From Candidatus Poribacteria bacterium (GTDB lineage Bacteria; Poribacteria; WGA-4E; WGA-3G): a stretch of DNA of 64,000 bases. Below are positions 41,679-52,154 of this stretch, in pieces (the first letter of the stretch is position 1; each line of letters opens with the position of its first letter). The stretch covers positions 64,001 through 128,000 of the forward strand of contig OZ244048.1 of the NCBI GenBank assembly GCA_965215265.1. The letters run 5' to 3'. The notes under the pieces are model-generated. The model worked only from the letters and a program-made list of their open reading frames with translations, was not told where the DNA came from and made no database searches. The position numbers and the translations under genes are program-made.

Positions 41679-42944
41679 TTACCCTTTCAACTTTGCGTAA
41701 TGTATTGTCGGTTCAATGCCTAGTGTATCGCATGTTCCAACTTTGGAGACAATAATCGTCAGCACTTTATTTCGGTACGTGGCGTGAAAATCCTCTGGCT
41801 GCCCTGGAATAGGTAGGATAGTTGTGAAGCCCTTGGGGAATGAACTGGTGCGACCAACAACATCCGCGAACCTCGGATCGTCCAGCTGCGACTGAACAGT
41901 CAAGATACTTTCAGATGCGGGGGCATCGTCAGAGAAATATGGCGTGGCGAGGTTGATTTCATAACTGTAGTCGGGCATTCTATCCGGGAGTTCATGCTCT
42001 TTTTTTGCGACAGAATCTGGTACCCACCTTGGGAACTCAATCTCGATCTGATAGTAATCAGTCTTTTCTGTCATGCGATTCACCATGCCGTAGCGTCTGT
42101 AGCGTTCACGCAAATCGTCCGAGTAGATTGTGCCGTCAGTTAGGACTGCTCCGGGCACTGTGGCGCGTGGCCGGTTCGGGACGACGACTAGGGCTGCGCG
42201 CAATACTGATAACATCGGTGTTGCAATGAGTGAGAGTATCCAGCCGTAGAAGGCCGCACCGTAGCGTGGCTGTTCATCTTCGGAACGTGAGACAAATTCA
42301 TCTTTAAAACGGTAAATTCCTTCTCCAATTGCAACGACTATCCCGAGAAATATCATCAGGTTGCCTTCATTGGTAAAGAGACTGATGCCGCGGGACTTTA
42401 CTCCGAAAAGGAAAAGCAGAAGAGGATAGAGTGTGAGATTGATTAAGCTATTGATGCCTGTTGAAACGGCAGCACTAAAGACGCGCGAGTCTCCTGCGAT
42501 TTCTTCAAGTTGTCTTTTAAAATTAGCTGAGAAAGCACCGAGGATGGGTTGTCCAAGCATCGCCAATACACCGAAGGGCGCGCGAAGCGATGACGCGGGT
42601 GTTTCAGGTAATTGTACAAATTCTTCCGGAATACCTTGTTCTTTTTGCTTTTTCGTTGTTCCGGTTTCACCGGCTTCCTCGACAGTTTTTTCCGGTTTAA
42701 CGAATGTCTCAAAAAATTTAGAATTGAGTTCAACGTAGGATTCCCATTCTGCCGGTACTTCGTCGCGCATTTTTATAGCGACAACAGGACAGACAGGTTC
42801 ACATGCGCCGCAGTCAATGCATTCTTCGGGGTTAATATAAAGTTGATTTTCGCCCTCTGTCGTGTGAATGCAATCCACTGGGCATACGTCAACGCACGCC
42901 GTGTCCATGACATCAACGCAGGGTTCACAAATTACGTAAGCCAT
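41679..42944 (-). CDS. Ferredoxin (FdxA-type) fused to a membrane region and an HSP20-like C-terminal domain
   Basis: N-terminal CEPC..ACVDVCPVDC...CIDCGACEPVCP; ~3 hydrophobic segments; C-terminal 'FHATYRNKVLTIIVSK'. Confidence 0.7.
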   Translation of the reverse strand: MAYVICEPCVDVMDTACVDVCPVDCIHTTEGENQLYINPEECIDCGACEPVCPVVAIKMRDEVPAEWESYVELNSKFFETFVKPEKTVEEAGETGTTKKQKEQGIPEEFVQLPETPASSLRAPFGVLAMLGQPILGAFSANFKRQLEEIAGDSRVFSAAVSTGINSLINLTLYPLLLFLFGVKSRGISLFTNEGNLMIFLGIVVAIGEGIYRFKDEFVSRSEDEQPRYGAAFYGWILSLIATPMLSVLRAALVVVPNRPRATVPGAVLTDGTIYSDDLRERYRRYGMVNRMTEKTDYYQIEIEFPRWVPDSVAKKEHELPDRMPDYSYEINLATPYFSDDAPASESILTVQSQLDDPRFADVVGRTSSFPKGFTTILPIPGQPEDFHATYRNKVLTIIVSKVGTCDTLGIEPTIHYAKLKG

Positions 42945-43000
42945 GTTATTCCCTCCTTATTTTTAAGTATACCACAAATGCTTACAAGTTGCAAAGAAAT

Positions 43001-43029
43001 TTGACAAACGAGACAGGAAGCGCTATAAT
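43001..43029 (+). promoter_or_regulatory. Consensus sigma70 promoter of truD
   Basis: TTGACA-N17-TATAAT. Confidence 0.75.
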
Positions 43030-43075
43030 GCCAATGAGTAGTTTGTAAAGGTATCTCCTTTGTCTTTTTTTTGGT

Positions 43076-44212
43076 ATGACAGAAAGAGGATGTATGATAA
43101 AGACAACACCTGAAGATTTCATTGTTGAAGAACTTCCGCTTTATGAACCGTCGGGGATAGGGATACATACGTTCTTTGCTATCCGAAAACGGAATCTGAG
43201 TACATTTGAGGCAATAGACCGGATTGCCAAAGACTTGCGTGTAAACTCCCAGTGCCTTGGTTATGCGGGGTTAAAGGATAAAAGAGCTGTGACAACCCAG
43301 GTATTGTCGGTGGAAGGTGTGTTTCCCAGACAGGTTTTAGCACTTGAGCTCCCTGGGATTGAAATTTTGTGGGCGAAACGGCATGGACACAAATTAAGGG
43401 TTGGGCATCTACGCGGGAATCGGTTTAAGATAACGTTGCGCGAGATATCTCCACGCGGACAGGCGATTGCTCAAGACGTGCTGACACGTTTGACAAAAGA
43501 AGGCGTGCCGAATCGATTTGGCACACAGCGGTTTGGACAAAATAACGATTCGCACCTTATCGGTAAGGCATTAGTGAAAGGGGCATGGGAAGTAGCGTTG
43601 AATTATCTGTTCGTAGATGAAACAATGCAGTTGGGTGAGGTCTGGCAGCGGGTGCAGCGTGAGGTAGAGCGAAACTGTTTAGAGAAAGCGATAAGATGCA
43701 TTCCGTATCGGTTTCGCAAACTGTTTTTATCTGCGTATCAAGCGTATCTCTTCAACTGCTACTTGGAGCAGCGGATGCCCGCCTTAGGACAGTTGATAGA
43801 TGGGGATATAGCAATGAAGCACAGCAACGGTGCCCCGTTTCTCGTTGAAAACGTTGAAGTTGAACAACCTCGTGCAGATGCGTTTGAGATTAGTCCTACG
43901 GGCCCAATTTTCGGGCATAAAATGAAGCAACCGTCCGGGGAAGGACAAGCAATGGAAGCGGCACTTCTGGGAGTGGAAAACCTTGTGCCAGATGGATTTG
44001 GCAAAGTTGCAGGTATTCGCCTACCGGGGACGCGCCGTCCCTTACGAATGCCGATGCAATTGCATCAGGTTCAGGCTTTTGATGTAGGGTTACGTCTCGC
44101 GTTCAGCCTGCCGGCAGGAGGTTACGCGACGGTGGTTTTAGACGAACTAAAAAATTGTTTCGGCAATGAAGGATTTGTGGAATCCAGCGGAACTTGGATT
44201 ATACCGAATTAA
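43076..44212 (+). CDS. truD: tRNA pseudouridine(13) synthase
   Basis: PEDFIVEE, GYAGLKDKRAVTTQ, GNRF, PNRFGTQRFG, LPAGGYAT. Confidence 0.95.
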   Translation: MTERGCMIKTTPEDFIVEELPLYEPSGIGIHTFFAIRKRNLSTFEAIDRIAKDLRVNSQCLGYAGLKDKRAVTTQVLSVEGVFPRQVLALELPGIEILWAKRHGHKLRVGHLRGNRFKITLREISPRGQAIAQDVLTRLTKEGVPNRFGTQRFGQNNDSHLIGKALVKGAWEVALNYLFVDETMQLGEVWQRVQREVERNCLEKAIRCIPYRFRKLFLSAYQAYLFNCYLEQRMPALGQLIDGDIAMKHSNGAPFLVENVEVEQPRADAFEISPTGPIFGHKMKQPSGEGQAMEAALLGVENLVPDGFGKVAGIRLPGTRRPLRMPMQLHQVQAFDVGLRLAFSLPAGGYATVVLDELKNCFGNEGFVESSGTWIIPN

Positions 44213-44359
44213 ACTTCGTAAGGGTGTTCCTGTCAAGGGTGCCATTGAAGGTATTTCCGCCCTCAACCCTTGAGCAATGAGGAAATATACCGTATTGTAG
44301 GGACAAAACCGTCGCCCGCTAGGCATCCCGCCTCCTCGATGCACAAGGGCCACCACACG

Positions 44360-45160
44360 TTACAAGCGAATATCGATCTCAAATAGCTGCCAGTAAACAA
44401 TCTTCCAATCCGATTGTTCACGTCGGAAGTCAAAACGACAATGTGCTTTGATTTCCCTGAGGTCCCGTTGTTCCCCCTTTTCTGCTGTTATGTCCAGTTG
44501 AAGTATTATTGCCCCTTTTCTTGCATGCGTTATGTCTGCCTGCGTATCCTTAATCAGGAATTGGAGTGAAACGTAGTCTTGGAAAAGTTGGGTCATCGCA
44601 GGAATAACGTCGTCATAATTTTCGGGAATAATCCCGGATAAGATACCAAAGAGAGTTGCCTCATCATCCGCTGCGACGTAGGATTCTGAGAAGAGTGCCT
44701 TAATCTGCTCCAAATTTTCTACATCTAGAGATTCTAGGAGGTCTGAAAGGTTATCAAGAAATTCCTGTAATTCTTCAGTTGTGTTTCGCAGCGGTGTGAG
44801 TGCGACATCTAAAACATGGCGTTCTTGGTTGAGTGAGAACAGCTGCTGGTAGGGGTGATAATCGACATCTTCAACAACTAAGGTGTAGTTCTGCCCATAA
44901 AGAATGCCTTGGAATGTGTAAACGCCATCAATTCCTGTTTCAAACGGTTGTTCTAAAAGGGTGACAACAGCACCAGGAATAGGGTTGTGTGTGTTAGCAT
45001 CTGTGATAGTCCCTGATACCGTTCCATATTCGAGGGTAGGAGTGGCAGGTGGCGGTTCCGGGGGTTCTTCGTCTGCTTCTCCACACGCGAAAAAGCAGGC
45101 CAGTAATAGTAGAAGTAAGGGTATTTTTTTTTCTATCATCGGTTTATTTTTTGTTCCCAA
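44360..45160 (-). CDS. Lipoprotein with a carboxypeptidase regulatory-like domain and an NTF2-like C-terminus
   Basis: Lipobox FFAC; GTVSGTITDA.T..PIPGAVV; C-terminal FRRE..DWKIV. Confidence 0.65.
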   Translation of the reverse strand: MGTKNKPMIEKKIPLLLLLLACFFACGEADEEPPEPPPATPTLEYGTVSGTITDANTHNPIPGAVVTLLEQPFETGIDGVYTFQGILYGQNYTLVVEDVDYHPYQQLFSLNQERHVLDVALTPLRNTTEELQEFLDNLSDLLESLDVENLEQIKALFSESYVAADDEATLFGILSGIIPENYDDVIPAMTQLFQDYVSLQFLIKDTQADITHARKGAIILQLDITAEKGEQRDLREIKAHCRFDFRREQSDWKIVYWQLFEIDIRL

Positions 45161-45372
45161 TTTGTGGAGGCAGCGGAATGCTGCTTTTTATTTTTACAGA
45201 AAAAGAAAATTTGCATTTACGCTATCAATTGTGGTATCCTTAATATGTAATGGCCAAAACTTCTGTAACTGAGGTGTGCATCTGAACTGGCCTGAGTGCT
45301 TTTGTATAGAAAAAATAAGTTTAACCAATCTGTCTATTCAATTGAAGAAAAAAGAGAGGAGACATAAATATC

Positions 45373-45585
45373 ATGTCCCGAGTCTGTAGTATCTGTAGCA
45401 AACGTCCGATGACAGGACATCAGATTAGCAAATCGCTTCGCCATACAAAACGGCGGTGGCTTCCAAATCTCCAGCGTGTGCGTGTGCAAACGGAAGCGGG
45501 CCCGCGGCGAATTCGTGTTTGCACCAAGTGTTTACGAAGCGGTAGAGTCGCCAAAGTCGTTTCAAGAATGCCCAATCCGATATAA
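45373..45585 (+). CDS. rpmB: 50S ribosomal protein L28
   Basis: MSRVCSIC..P..G..IS...HTKRRWLPNLQ...VCTKCLR. Confidence 0.96.
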   Translation: MSRVCSICSKRPMTGHQISKSLRHTKRRWLPNLQRVRVQTEAGPRRIRVCTKCLRSGRVAKVVSRMPNPI

Positions 45586-45654
45586 GTTTGCAAGAGACAA
45601 AACAGTATACCTTAAGCACCTAGGTTGTCTCTTATTCTATACCGTTCTATAGCA

Positions 45655-47823
45655 TCAGGGACGCACAGGTTTTGTAACTTCCTTGCGATTGACGCGTTGG
45701 ACTCCTTTTAATTGTCGAATCGCTTTCATCACCTCATCAAGTTGTTCGGCCCCTGTCACTTCTAGCGTCATGACATCATAAGCGCTATTATTCATGTTTT
45801 TAATCTGTGCTGGTTGGAAGGTGCCGCAGCGAATGTTCACTTTATAGTGCCCGATAACAGTCGCGATTTTGCCAAGCATGCCGAACCGGTCGCTGCACTC
45901 AACGCAAATTTCTGCAGGATAAGTATCTCGTGGTTTGCCAGAATCTTCGAGGGTTTTTCTGTCTGGCCATTTGACGGCAAGAAGTCGTTCGGGTTCATCA
46001 AGGATGCGGATACACCCTGTCCTATGAATTGAAATGCCGCGCCCGCGCGTTACGTAGCCAATCACCTTATCCCCCGGAATAGGATTACAGCATTTCATTA
46101 TCTGTGTCATGCCTAAATCAATACCGGTGTCGAGTTGGATAGTAGGCATTGACGGTGTTTTTTCCTGCGGTGGTTCAGGTTCCGGCACTTCCGGTCTTAG
46201 GAGGTTGACAACATGGGTAGCAGATTCTTTTCCATTCCCGATGCGAATCAGAAGCTCTTTTACATTTTTGAGTTGCAGTTGTTTGGCGATGTCAAGTAGT
46301 TTAGGAGAGGTGAGATAATTTCGGATGTTAAGGTAGGAAACAGGCAATTCGGCTTTGAGGAATGCTTTCCCTAATGCAAGGGCACCCTCTTTGTCTTTTT
46401 CACGGAACCATTCATTAATTTTGCTTCGAGCGTTGGATGTTTTGACATGGCGTAACCAACTCCGGCTGGGTTTGCTTTGCGAATTTGTACGAATGTGGAC
46501 CCGGTCTCCGGTTTGGAGTTCCTGTCGGATCGGTGCCATGCTGCCATTTATCTCTGCACCGGAACACGTATGGCCAATATCCGTATGAATTTTATACGCG
46601 AAATCAATCGCAGTGGAACCGACAGGCAGTGCAAATACGTCACCCTCAGGAGAAAAAACGTAGACCTCATCCTCGAAGAGCTCGAGTTTCATTGACTCGA
46701 CGAACTGATGCGCGCCGGCTTGCGTATCCTGTAAATCCTCCAGCATCTGTTTATAGTTGGCAAAAATAGACCTGCCTTGTTTGCTCGTCGGGACTCCCTC
46801 CTTATAACTCCAATGTGCGGCGATTCCATCTTCCGCAACTTTATGCATCTGATAGCTCCGAATCTGTATTTCGATGGGTTTGCCGTTATCTACAATGGTG
46901 GTATGAAGAGACTGGTACCCATTTTTTTTAGGTTGCCCGATCCAGTCCCTGAGACGATTTGGAAGGTATTGCCAATTTTGATGGAGTGCATGCAGTGCCA
47001 CATAACAGTCTATTTCGGTTTTTGCAAGGATGCGGATGCCTATCAAATCACAGATTTCCTTGAACGGTGTTCTTTTCTGTTGCATTTTTTGATAGATGCT
47101 GTAGATATGTTTCGTTCTACCGCGTACATCCACGAAGATGCTCTGTTTTTCCAGTTTCTCGCGGATGCGCGTTACCATTTTTTCGCAGTAGGCCTGACGT
47201 TCTACGAGTTTTTCATCCAACAAGTTGGCAATTTCGCGGTATTCATCTGGGAAGAGATATTTGAATGCTAAGTCTTCAAGGCGGCTCATGATACGCCAAA
47301 TGCCCAATCGGTGTGCGATCGGTGCATAAATCTCGAGCGTCTCTTTAGCAACCCGTTGGCACTTATCAGTCGATAGAAACTTCAACGTCTCCATGTTATG
47401 CATCCGATCGGCGAGTTTTATTAGTATGACGCGCATGTCTTCGGCCGTTGCTAAAAGCAGCTTTCTATAAGTTTCTGCTTGCCGTTGCCGCTGTGCACCG
47501 CGGAATTTGTACTTTCCTATTTTGGTTACGCCTTCCACAAGGTTCGCGATGTTACGCCCGAACCGCACTACCATTTCTTCCGTGGTCACACCTGTATCTT
47601 CAAGTACATCGTGCATAAGTCCTGCACAAATCGTATGTGTATCTAAACGGAGGGCTACAAGCTCCTCTGCGGTTTTAACACAGTGCGTAAAATACGGTTC
47701 CCCAGATTTCCGTTGCTGTCCTTCATGTGCTTGCTCAGCAAAATAGTAGCAACGCTCAAGCAGTTCAACATCTGCGTCTGGATTATAGTTTCGAATTCGG
47801 CTGATTAGCGAGTTGACACTCAT
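45655..47823 (-). CDS. relA: Bifunctional (p)ppGpp synthetase/hydrolase
   Basis: RKSGEPY, HDVLEDT, KLADRMHNM, NGYQSLHT, TGS (DFAYKIHT), CCNPIPGD, ACT domain. Confidence 0.95.
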   Translation of the reverse strand: MSVNSLISRIRNYNPDADVELLERCYYFAEQAHEGQQRKSGEPYFTHCVKTAEELVALRLDTHTICAGLMHDVLEDTGVTTEEMVVRFGRNIANLVEGVTKIGKYKFRGAQRQRQAETYRKLLLATAEDMRVILIKLADRMHNMETLKFLSTDKCQRVAKETLEIYAPIAHRLGIWRIMSRLEDLAFKYLFPDEYREIANLLDEKLVERQAYCEKMVTRIREKLEKQSIFVDVRGRTKHIYSIYQKMQQKRTPFKEICDLIGIRILAKTEIDCYVALHALHQNWQYLPNRLRDWIGQPKKNGYQSLHTTIVDNGKPIEIQIRSYQMHKVAEDGIAAHWSYKEGVPTSKQGRSIFANYKQMLEDLQDTQAGAHQFVESMKLELFEDEVYVFSPEGDVFALPVGSTAIDFAYKIHTDIGHTCSGAEINGSMAPIRQELQTGDRVHIRTNSQSKPSRSWLRHVKTSNARSKINEWFREKDKEGALALGKAFLKAELPVSYLNIRNYLTSPKLLDIAKQLQLKNVKELLIRIGNGKESATHVVNLLRPEVPEPEPPQEKTPSMPTIQLDTGIDLGMTQIMKCCNPIPGDKVIGYVTRGRGISIHRTGCIRILDEPERLLAVKWPDRKTLEDSGKPRDTYPAEICVECSDRFGMLGKIATVIGHYKVNIRCGTFQPAQIKNMNNSAYDVMTLEVTGAEQLDEVMKAIRQLKGVQRVNRKEVTKPVRP

Positions 47824-50362
47824 TTTCGATCCGCTCCCAAATCGGTTTGATGTCCTCTTGTAATTGAAAATCTACGAACGACCGGCTTGTCTGTTTAATC
47901 CATTCTCCTCTCAGATAGGTTTTGGAATTGGCTAACCCACGCTTTTGGGGTGTCAGGAGATATATCCGCGAATCATCTTGTTCTCCGTGGCGTTCAAAGA
48001 ACCCCAATTCCTCAAAAATTGTCAGTGCGGTTTGCACAGAATCCGTTGCGCCGACCTGCCGATTTATCAGTTCAACCTCAGGGCATCCATCTGCTCCATG
48101 GTTCTGGATTAAAGCCCGCAAATTCTTGTACAATTCCCGGAGGTCTGCCTCCTCAGGATATTTTTGAGACATCCAACTGGCAAGCCGCTTCGCATCTGAA
48201 TCATTATAGATAAGATGCAATTCCGAACTTGCGTCAGCGGCAAAAGCAGGCTGGCATCGCTTGAAAAATTCATCTGAACTCGGAGCCAGATGGCAGAATA
48301 CAAAATATTTGACGAAAGTAACTTCATCGGGTTGAGAGAAATTAGCACTAGAGGCAATTGCTTGTAGTTCTCCATGTTTTAGTTTTTTTAACAATTGTTT
48401 CTCTGTGCCTTCAGACACTGTTTCGTCATGCGGGCCGATGCAGTGAGTTTTTTCTGGAATCAAGTGGGTTCGCAGCTGATCAAGCATCTCGCGATTTTGG
48501 ACATATATAATACAAGGTTCCGCGCGTGCAATCAAGTTTAAAAGATAATCCTTTTTATTTTCACCGCGCCCATCAATAACCTGGGTAACTGAGGCATCAC
48601 TGCTTGTCGGAAAAACAGCTCGTTTTACCTCACGGCTGTTTGACCTGATCTGCCAATCTTGAAGGATAAGTTGAACCGAGCGTGTATCCCGCCATTCGTT
48701 GATTTGGGGTGAAAAAGCGATATCGAGTGATAAGTCTTCGCGTTTGAATGTGACAAGGTGTTCACCTTTACCCCACGCAATAGCACAGAGTTTACTTTCA
48801 CCGTCTTGAACAAACATACGCAGATGTTGTTTGCCTTTTCCTATCCGGTAAGGGATGCCGTTAATTTTCACATGGTGCGCGCTAAAACTTGGAGCAGGAT
48901 TTTCGCGACCGAACGGTTCTAATTGCGTTAATTCCTCTAAGCTTTTTAACGTTAATAACGAGAGACTCGTTTCAAAATCAAGTTCCAGTTTCGGCTGCAG
49001 TGCTTCTGCGGATAGTTCTTTGCGTGCATAGTCGTTAAAAGCCTGTTTAAAGCGTGGTATATTTTTTGATTTTAGCGTCAACCCAGCTGCAGCAGCATGC
49101 CCGCCATGTTTAATGAGTAAATTGCTGCAGTTTTTTAAACACGCCGCGAGGTTCATGCCGTCAATGGAACGGCCGGAGCCCGTTGCCTCCTCACCCTTAA
49201 TAGCAATGACGAAAACCGGCTTATGGTAGGTTTCAAGCAAGCGAGATGCAACGATACCGACCACGCCCTGCGCTTTTTCACTCCACAAATTGCTGGCAAC
49301 TACCATGCCAATGGTGTTCTCATCCATTTCCTTCTTAATGATTTCTTCTGCCTTATCGCGGATGTTTATTTCCAATTCTTGCCGTTTCCGGTTTTCTTGG
49401 TTGAGTTCGGCAGCAATCCGTTTTGCCTCGTCATCGGATTCGGTTGTGAATAACTTCACCACCTTATTGGCTGCGTCCATCCGTCCTGCAGCATTGATAC
49501 GTGGCCCCAACCCAAAAGAGAGTGATTGGCCAACAAGCGGTTTTGCAACGTCGTAACCGGCTACGTCGCATAGTGCACGGATACCCGGACGTTCGCGTTT
49601 GTTGAGGACATCTAAACCGAGGCGACTCAAAGCTCTATTTTCCCCGGTCAGCGGTACCATGTCTACAACGGTTCCTAACGCCACCAAATCAAGCAAGGAC
49701 ATCAGAAACATTTCATCATCTATTAATCCGTGTGCCAATTTGTAGGCAAGCCCGACACCTGCTAAATGTGGGTACGGATACTCATTTCCCTGCACCAGAG
49801 GCGAAATCAGAGCGTACGCAGGCGGTATTGCATGCGGATTGGGCTGATGGTGATCTGTGATAATAACATCCATACCGAGTTGATTCGCCAATTCTACTTC
49901 TGCTTTAGACGTAACGCCACAGTCCACAGTAATGAGTAATTGTGCCCCGTTGCTGTGAAGTGTTTCTACAGTCTTTTTACTCAGTCCATAGCCGTCTGTA
50001 AATCGATTAGGAATGTATGCCTCAATGGGCATATCAATGTGGCGGAACGCGTTATACAATACGGCTGTTGCTGTTGTTCCATCGGCATCATAGTCACCGT
50101 AGATATAGATTTTTTCACCTAGTTTAATCGCCCTTTTTATCCGAGTTATTGCTTTATCCATGTTCGCTAATTTAAAAGGCGAGTGCAGTGCATCAAACTG
50201 CGGGTATAGATAGGCATGGGCTTCAGAGACGTTCTTCAGTCCTCGATTAACGAGAAGTTTTGCAACGAACGGAGAAACCCCGAGTTCTGCTGCCAGGGTA
50301 AAACTGTTATTAAGATCCGGATTTTCTAATTTCCAAATTTTGTGGAGTTGGGGTTTCATCAT
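47783..50362 (-). CDS. recJ: Single-stranded-DNA exonuclease RecJ with a C-terminal extension
   Basis: GDYDADG, ITVDCG, TDHH, PRINAAGR, GSGRS, GGHAAAAG; likely start 50362. Confidence 0.95.
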   Translation of the reverse strand: MMKPQLHKIWKLENPDLNNSFTLAAELGVSPFVAKLLVNRGLKNVSEAHAYLYPQFDALHSPFKLANMDKAITRIKRAIKLGEKIYIYGDYDADGTTATAVLYNAFRHIDMPIEAYIPNRFTDGYGLSKKTVETLHSNGAQLLITVDCGVTSKAEVELANQLGMDVIITDHHQPNPHAIPPAYALISPLVQGNEYPYPHLAGVGLAYKLAHGLIDDEMFLMSLLDLVALGTVVDMVPLTGENRALSRLGLDVLNKRERPGIRALCDVAGYDVAKPLVGQSLSFGLGPRINAAGRMDAANKVVKLFTTESDDEAKRIAAELNQENRKRQELEINIRDKAEEIIKKEMDENTIGMVVASNLWSEKAQGVVGIVASRLLETYHKPVFVIAIKGEEATGSGRSIDGMNLAACLKNCSNLLIKHGGHAAAAGLTLKSKNIPRFKQAFNDYARKELSAEALQPKLELDFETSLSLLTLKSLEELTQLEPFGRENPAPSFSAHHVKINGIPYRIGKGKQHLRMFVQDGESKLCAIAWGKGEHLVTFKREDLSLDIAFSPQINEWRDTRSVQLILQDWQIRSNSREVKRAVFPTSSDASVTQVIDGRGENKKDYLLNLIARAEPCIIYVQNREMLDQLRTHLIPEKTHCIGPHDETVSEGTEKQLLKKLKHGELQAIASSANFSQPDEVTFVKYFVFCHLAPSSDEFFKRCQPAFAADASSELHLIYNDSDAKRLASWMSQKYPEEADLRELYKNLRALIQNHGADGCPEVELINRQVGATDSVQTALTIFEELGFFERHGEQDDSRIYLLTPQKRGLANSKTYLRGEWIKQTSRSFVDFQLQEDIKPIWERIENECQLANQPNSKL

Positions 50363-50718
50363 TCGCCTTTCTTCACAAGACTTGCAATTCGTGTTAAGGG
50401 GATGGCACGTCTTGTAAACCGGGATAATAATTGAAGTTTGAGAACAGTCCATTTGCACCGGCTCAAGCATGGTAGTGCTGAGCGATACAAAAATCAGAAG
50501 TAGACACAACGTTTACAATACACTCAAAATGCCTTCTCTAACACCTAACCCCCGGGGGTTATTGGTGCTCAGAAGATACGGACATTCGCAAAAAATACGC
50601 CCCCCTGAAGTGCCCAATATACACAGGGTGTGTCTCGAACATGATGAGATATAACATTCTCCGCATCAGACACCGAACACAACAGCATACCATGAGTTCG
50701 TTAATACCCGCTCCTTTT

Positions 50719-51759
50719 TCACGGGAGTTTGTGCTTTTTCACCTCTCCCCATACCGTAATTAACCGGTGCTGTCGTGGCGATATAGGCAGCGCAGATGTC
50801 GAATCAAAACAATCTGCATTTGTGTTAGATCCGACGCGCGTGAGTTGCTTTGATATACCATCGACTAAGGTGACTGTGAAGAGTTGTCTCTCTTCGCCGA
50901 CGCGTCGTTGGTAAACCAGAGCATCGCCCGATGGAACCCACGTTGGCATCGAAACATCGGCACCATCTGCTTCAACAATCCGCTGAATCCCAATTCCGTC
51001 GCGATTCATAAGATAGATAGCTTTTTCATCAAACAGATTGTGATCCTTTTTCAATAGGCGGGGCACAGGGATTGCCTTCACATCTACGCCAGTGAAGGCA
51101 ATTTTTGTACTATCTGGCGACCACGCCGGATCAAATATCCAAGGGAAACCGGGTAGCATCAGCTTCTTTCCAACATGGGTTTTCGGGTTCACAAATTGAA
51201 TTCGGGTTTCCCCAAGCACTATCCCTTTAAATATATCATTCTGGGGAATGAACAGATCAGAAGAAACAAAAGCAATCTCGGAGTTGTCAGGGGCCCACGC
51301 TGGAGTTATGCCACTTGCAACGCGCGTTTCGACGGTGCCATTCATGGAACCTATGTAAATATCCATCTCACCGCATCGTGGATTAACGCGATAGTAGGCA
51401 ATCTGATTTCCATTGGGGGCCCACGTTGGACGTTGTCTACGCACAGTTTTTATGAAAAGTTTCCGCAGGTTTCCCCCATCGGCATCCATCAGGTAGAGAT
51501 CCGTAGTTTTGTTTCGATCAGAGACGAACAGAATGTGTTCACCTGTCGGGGACCAGACGGGATCGAAATCCGCCGCACGGTGACGGGTCAAGTTGACTTG
51601 TCCTATCCCATCAGGATTCATGACATAGATTTCAGGATTGCCATCCCGAGTGGAGGTGAACAGAATTTTGGGTGTGTTGGGAGCTTTTGCAAAAATAGAA
51701 CAGATATTCCTGCACAATAGTATGAGGTTGAGAAGAAAAAAGCAGCGCGACGGCTTCAT
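50719..51759 (-). CDS. TolB-like PD40 beta-propeller protein with a C-terminal TVWG tail
   Basis: FTSTRDGNPEIYVMN, P.WSP repeats; ends LPISPRQHRLITVWGEVKK. Confidence 0.85.
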   Translation of the reverse strand: MKPSRCFFLLNLILLCRNICSIFAKAPNTPKILFTSTRDGNPEIYVMNPDGIGQVNLTRHRAADFDPVWSPTGEHILFVSDRNKTTDLYLMDADGGNLRKLFIKTVRRQRPTWAPNGNQIAYYRVNPRCGEMDIYIGSMNGTVETRVASGITPAWAPDNSEIAFVSSDLFIPQNDIFKGIVLGETRIQFVNPKTHVGKKLMLPGFPWIFDPAWSPDSTKIAFTGVDVKAIPVPRLLKKDHNLFDEKAIYLMNRDGIGIQRIVEADGADVSMPTWVPSGDALVYQRRVGEERQLFTVTLVDGISKQLTRVGSNTNADCFDSTSALPISPRQHRLITVWGEVKKHKLP

Positions 51760-51774
51760 TATAAATTTCCCCTT

Positions 51775-51962
51775 TTTGTATCTTTTAGCACGTTAACTTC
51801 TGATATTTTTCGTATATCTCCGTACCGTCAACACCTATACTATTGATGGTTCGTGTGTACATCTCGTCGGAGGTTCCTTATGCATAGCATAAGATGGCTC
51901 AGACGAGATTTGTAAAGGCTTTAATATTGCAGCTGCCTTTATGGGGCTGCAGTAGACGAAAA
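51775..51962 (-). repeat. Structured leader repeat, copy A
   Basis: Reverse complement matches 53846-54013 (GTCTACTGCAGCCCC, AAATCTCGTCTGAGCCAT, CTCCGACGAGAT, GTTGACGGTACGGAGATATACGAAA). Confidence 0.85.
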
Positions 51963-52042
51963 GGACTGATGCGGATGCCAAAAGAAATTATTAACCAGAA
52001 CTGCTGGAACGCTACAGTGTCCACTTCGAGTAATGTTTGAAT

Positions 52043-52071
52043 ATAATAACACAAAAAAAGAGTTTTGTCAA
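52043..52071 (-). promoter_or_regulatory. Sigma70-type promoter upstream of repeat copy A and the TolB-like gene
   Basis: Minus strand TTGACA-N17-TATTAT. Confidence 0.55.
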
Positions 52072-52154
52072 ACTTTAGATGATTTACAATTCTGGTTGAC
52101 ATTGAATGCGTGAAGTGTTAAAATTTGCAAATATTAAAATAAGAGAAGGCGATA

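Noticed and set aside
44213-44359. Possible ncRNA between truD and the lipoprotein gene
   Set aside because: Only one modest stem (TCAAGGGT/ACCCTTGA) and no diagnostic motif; compatible with a convergent terminator
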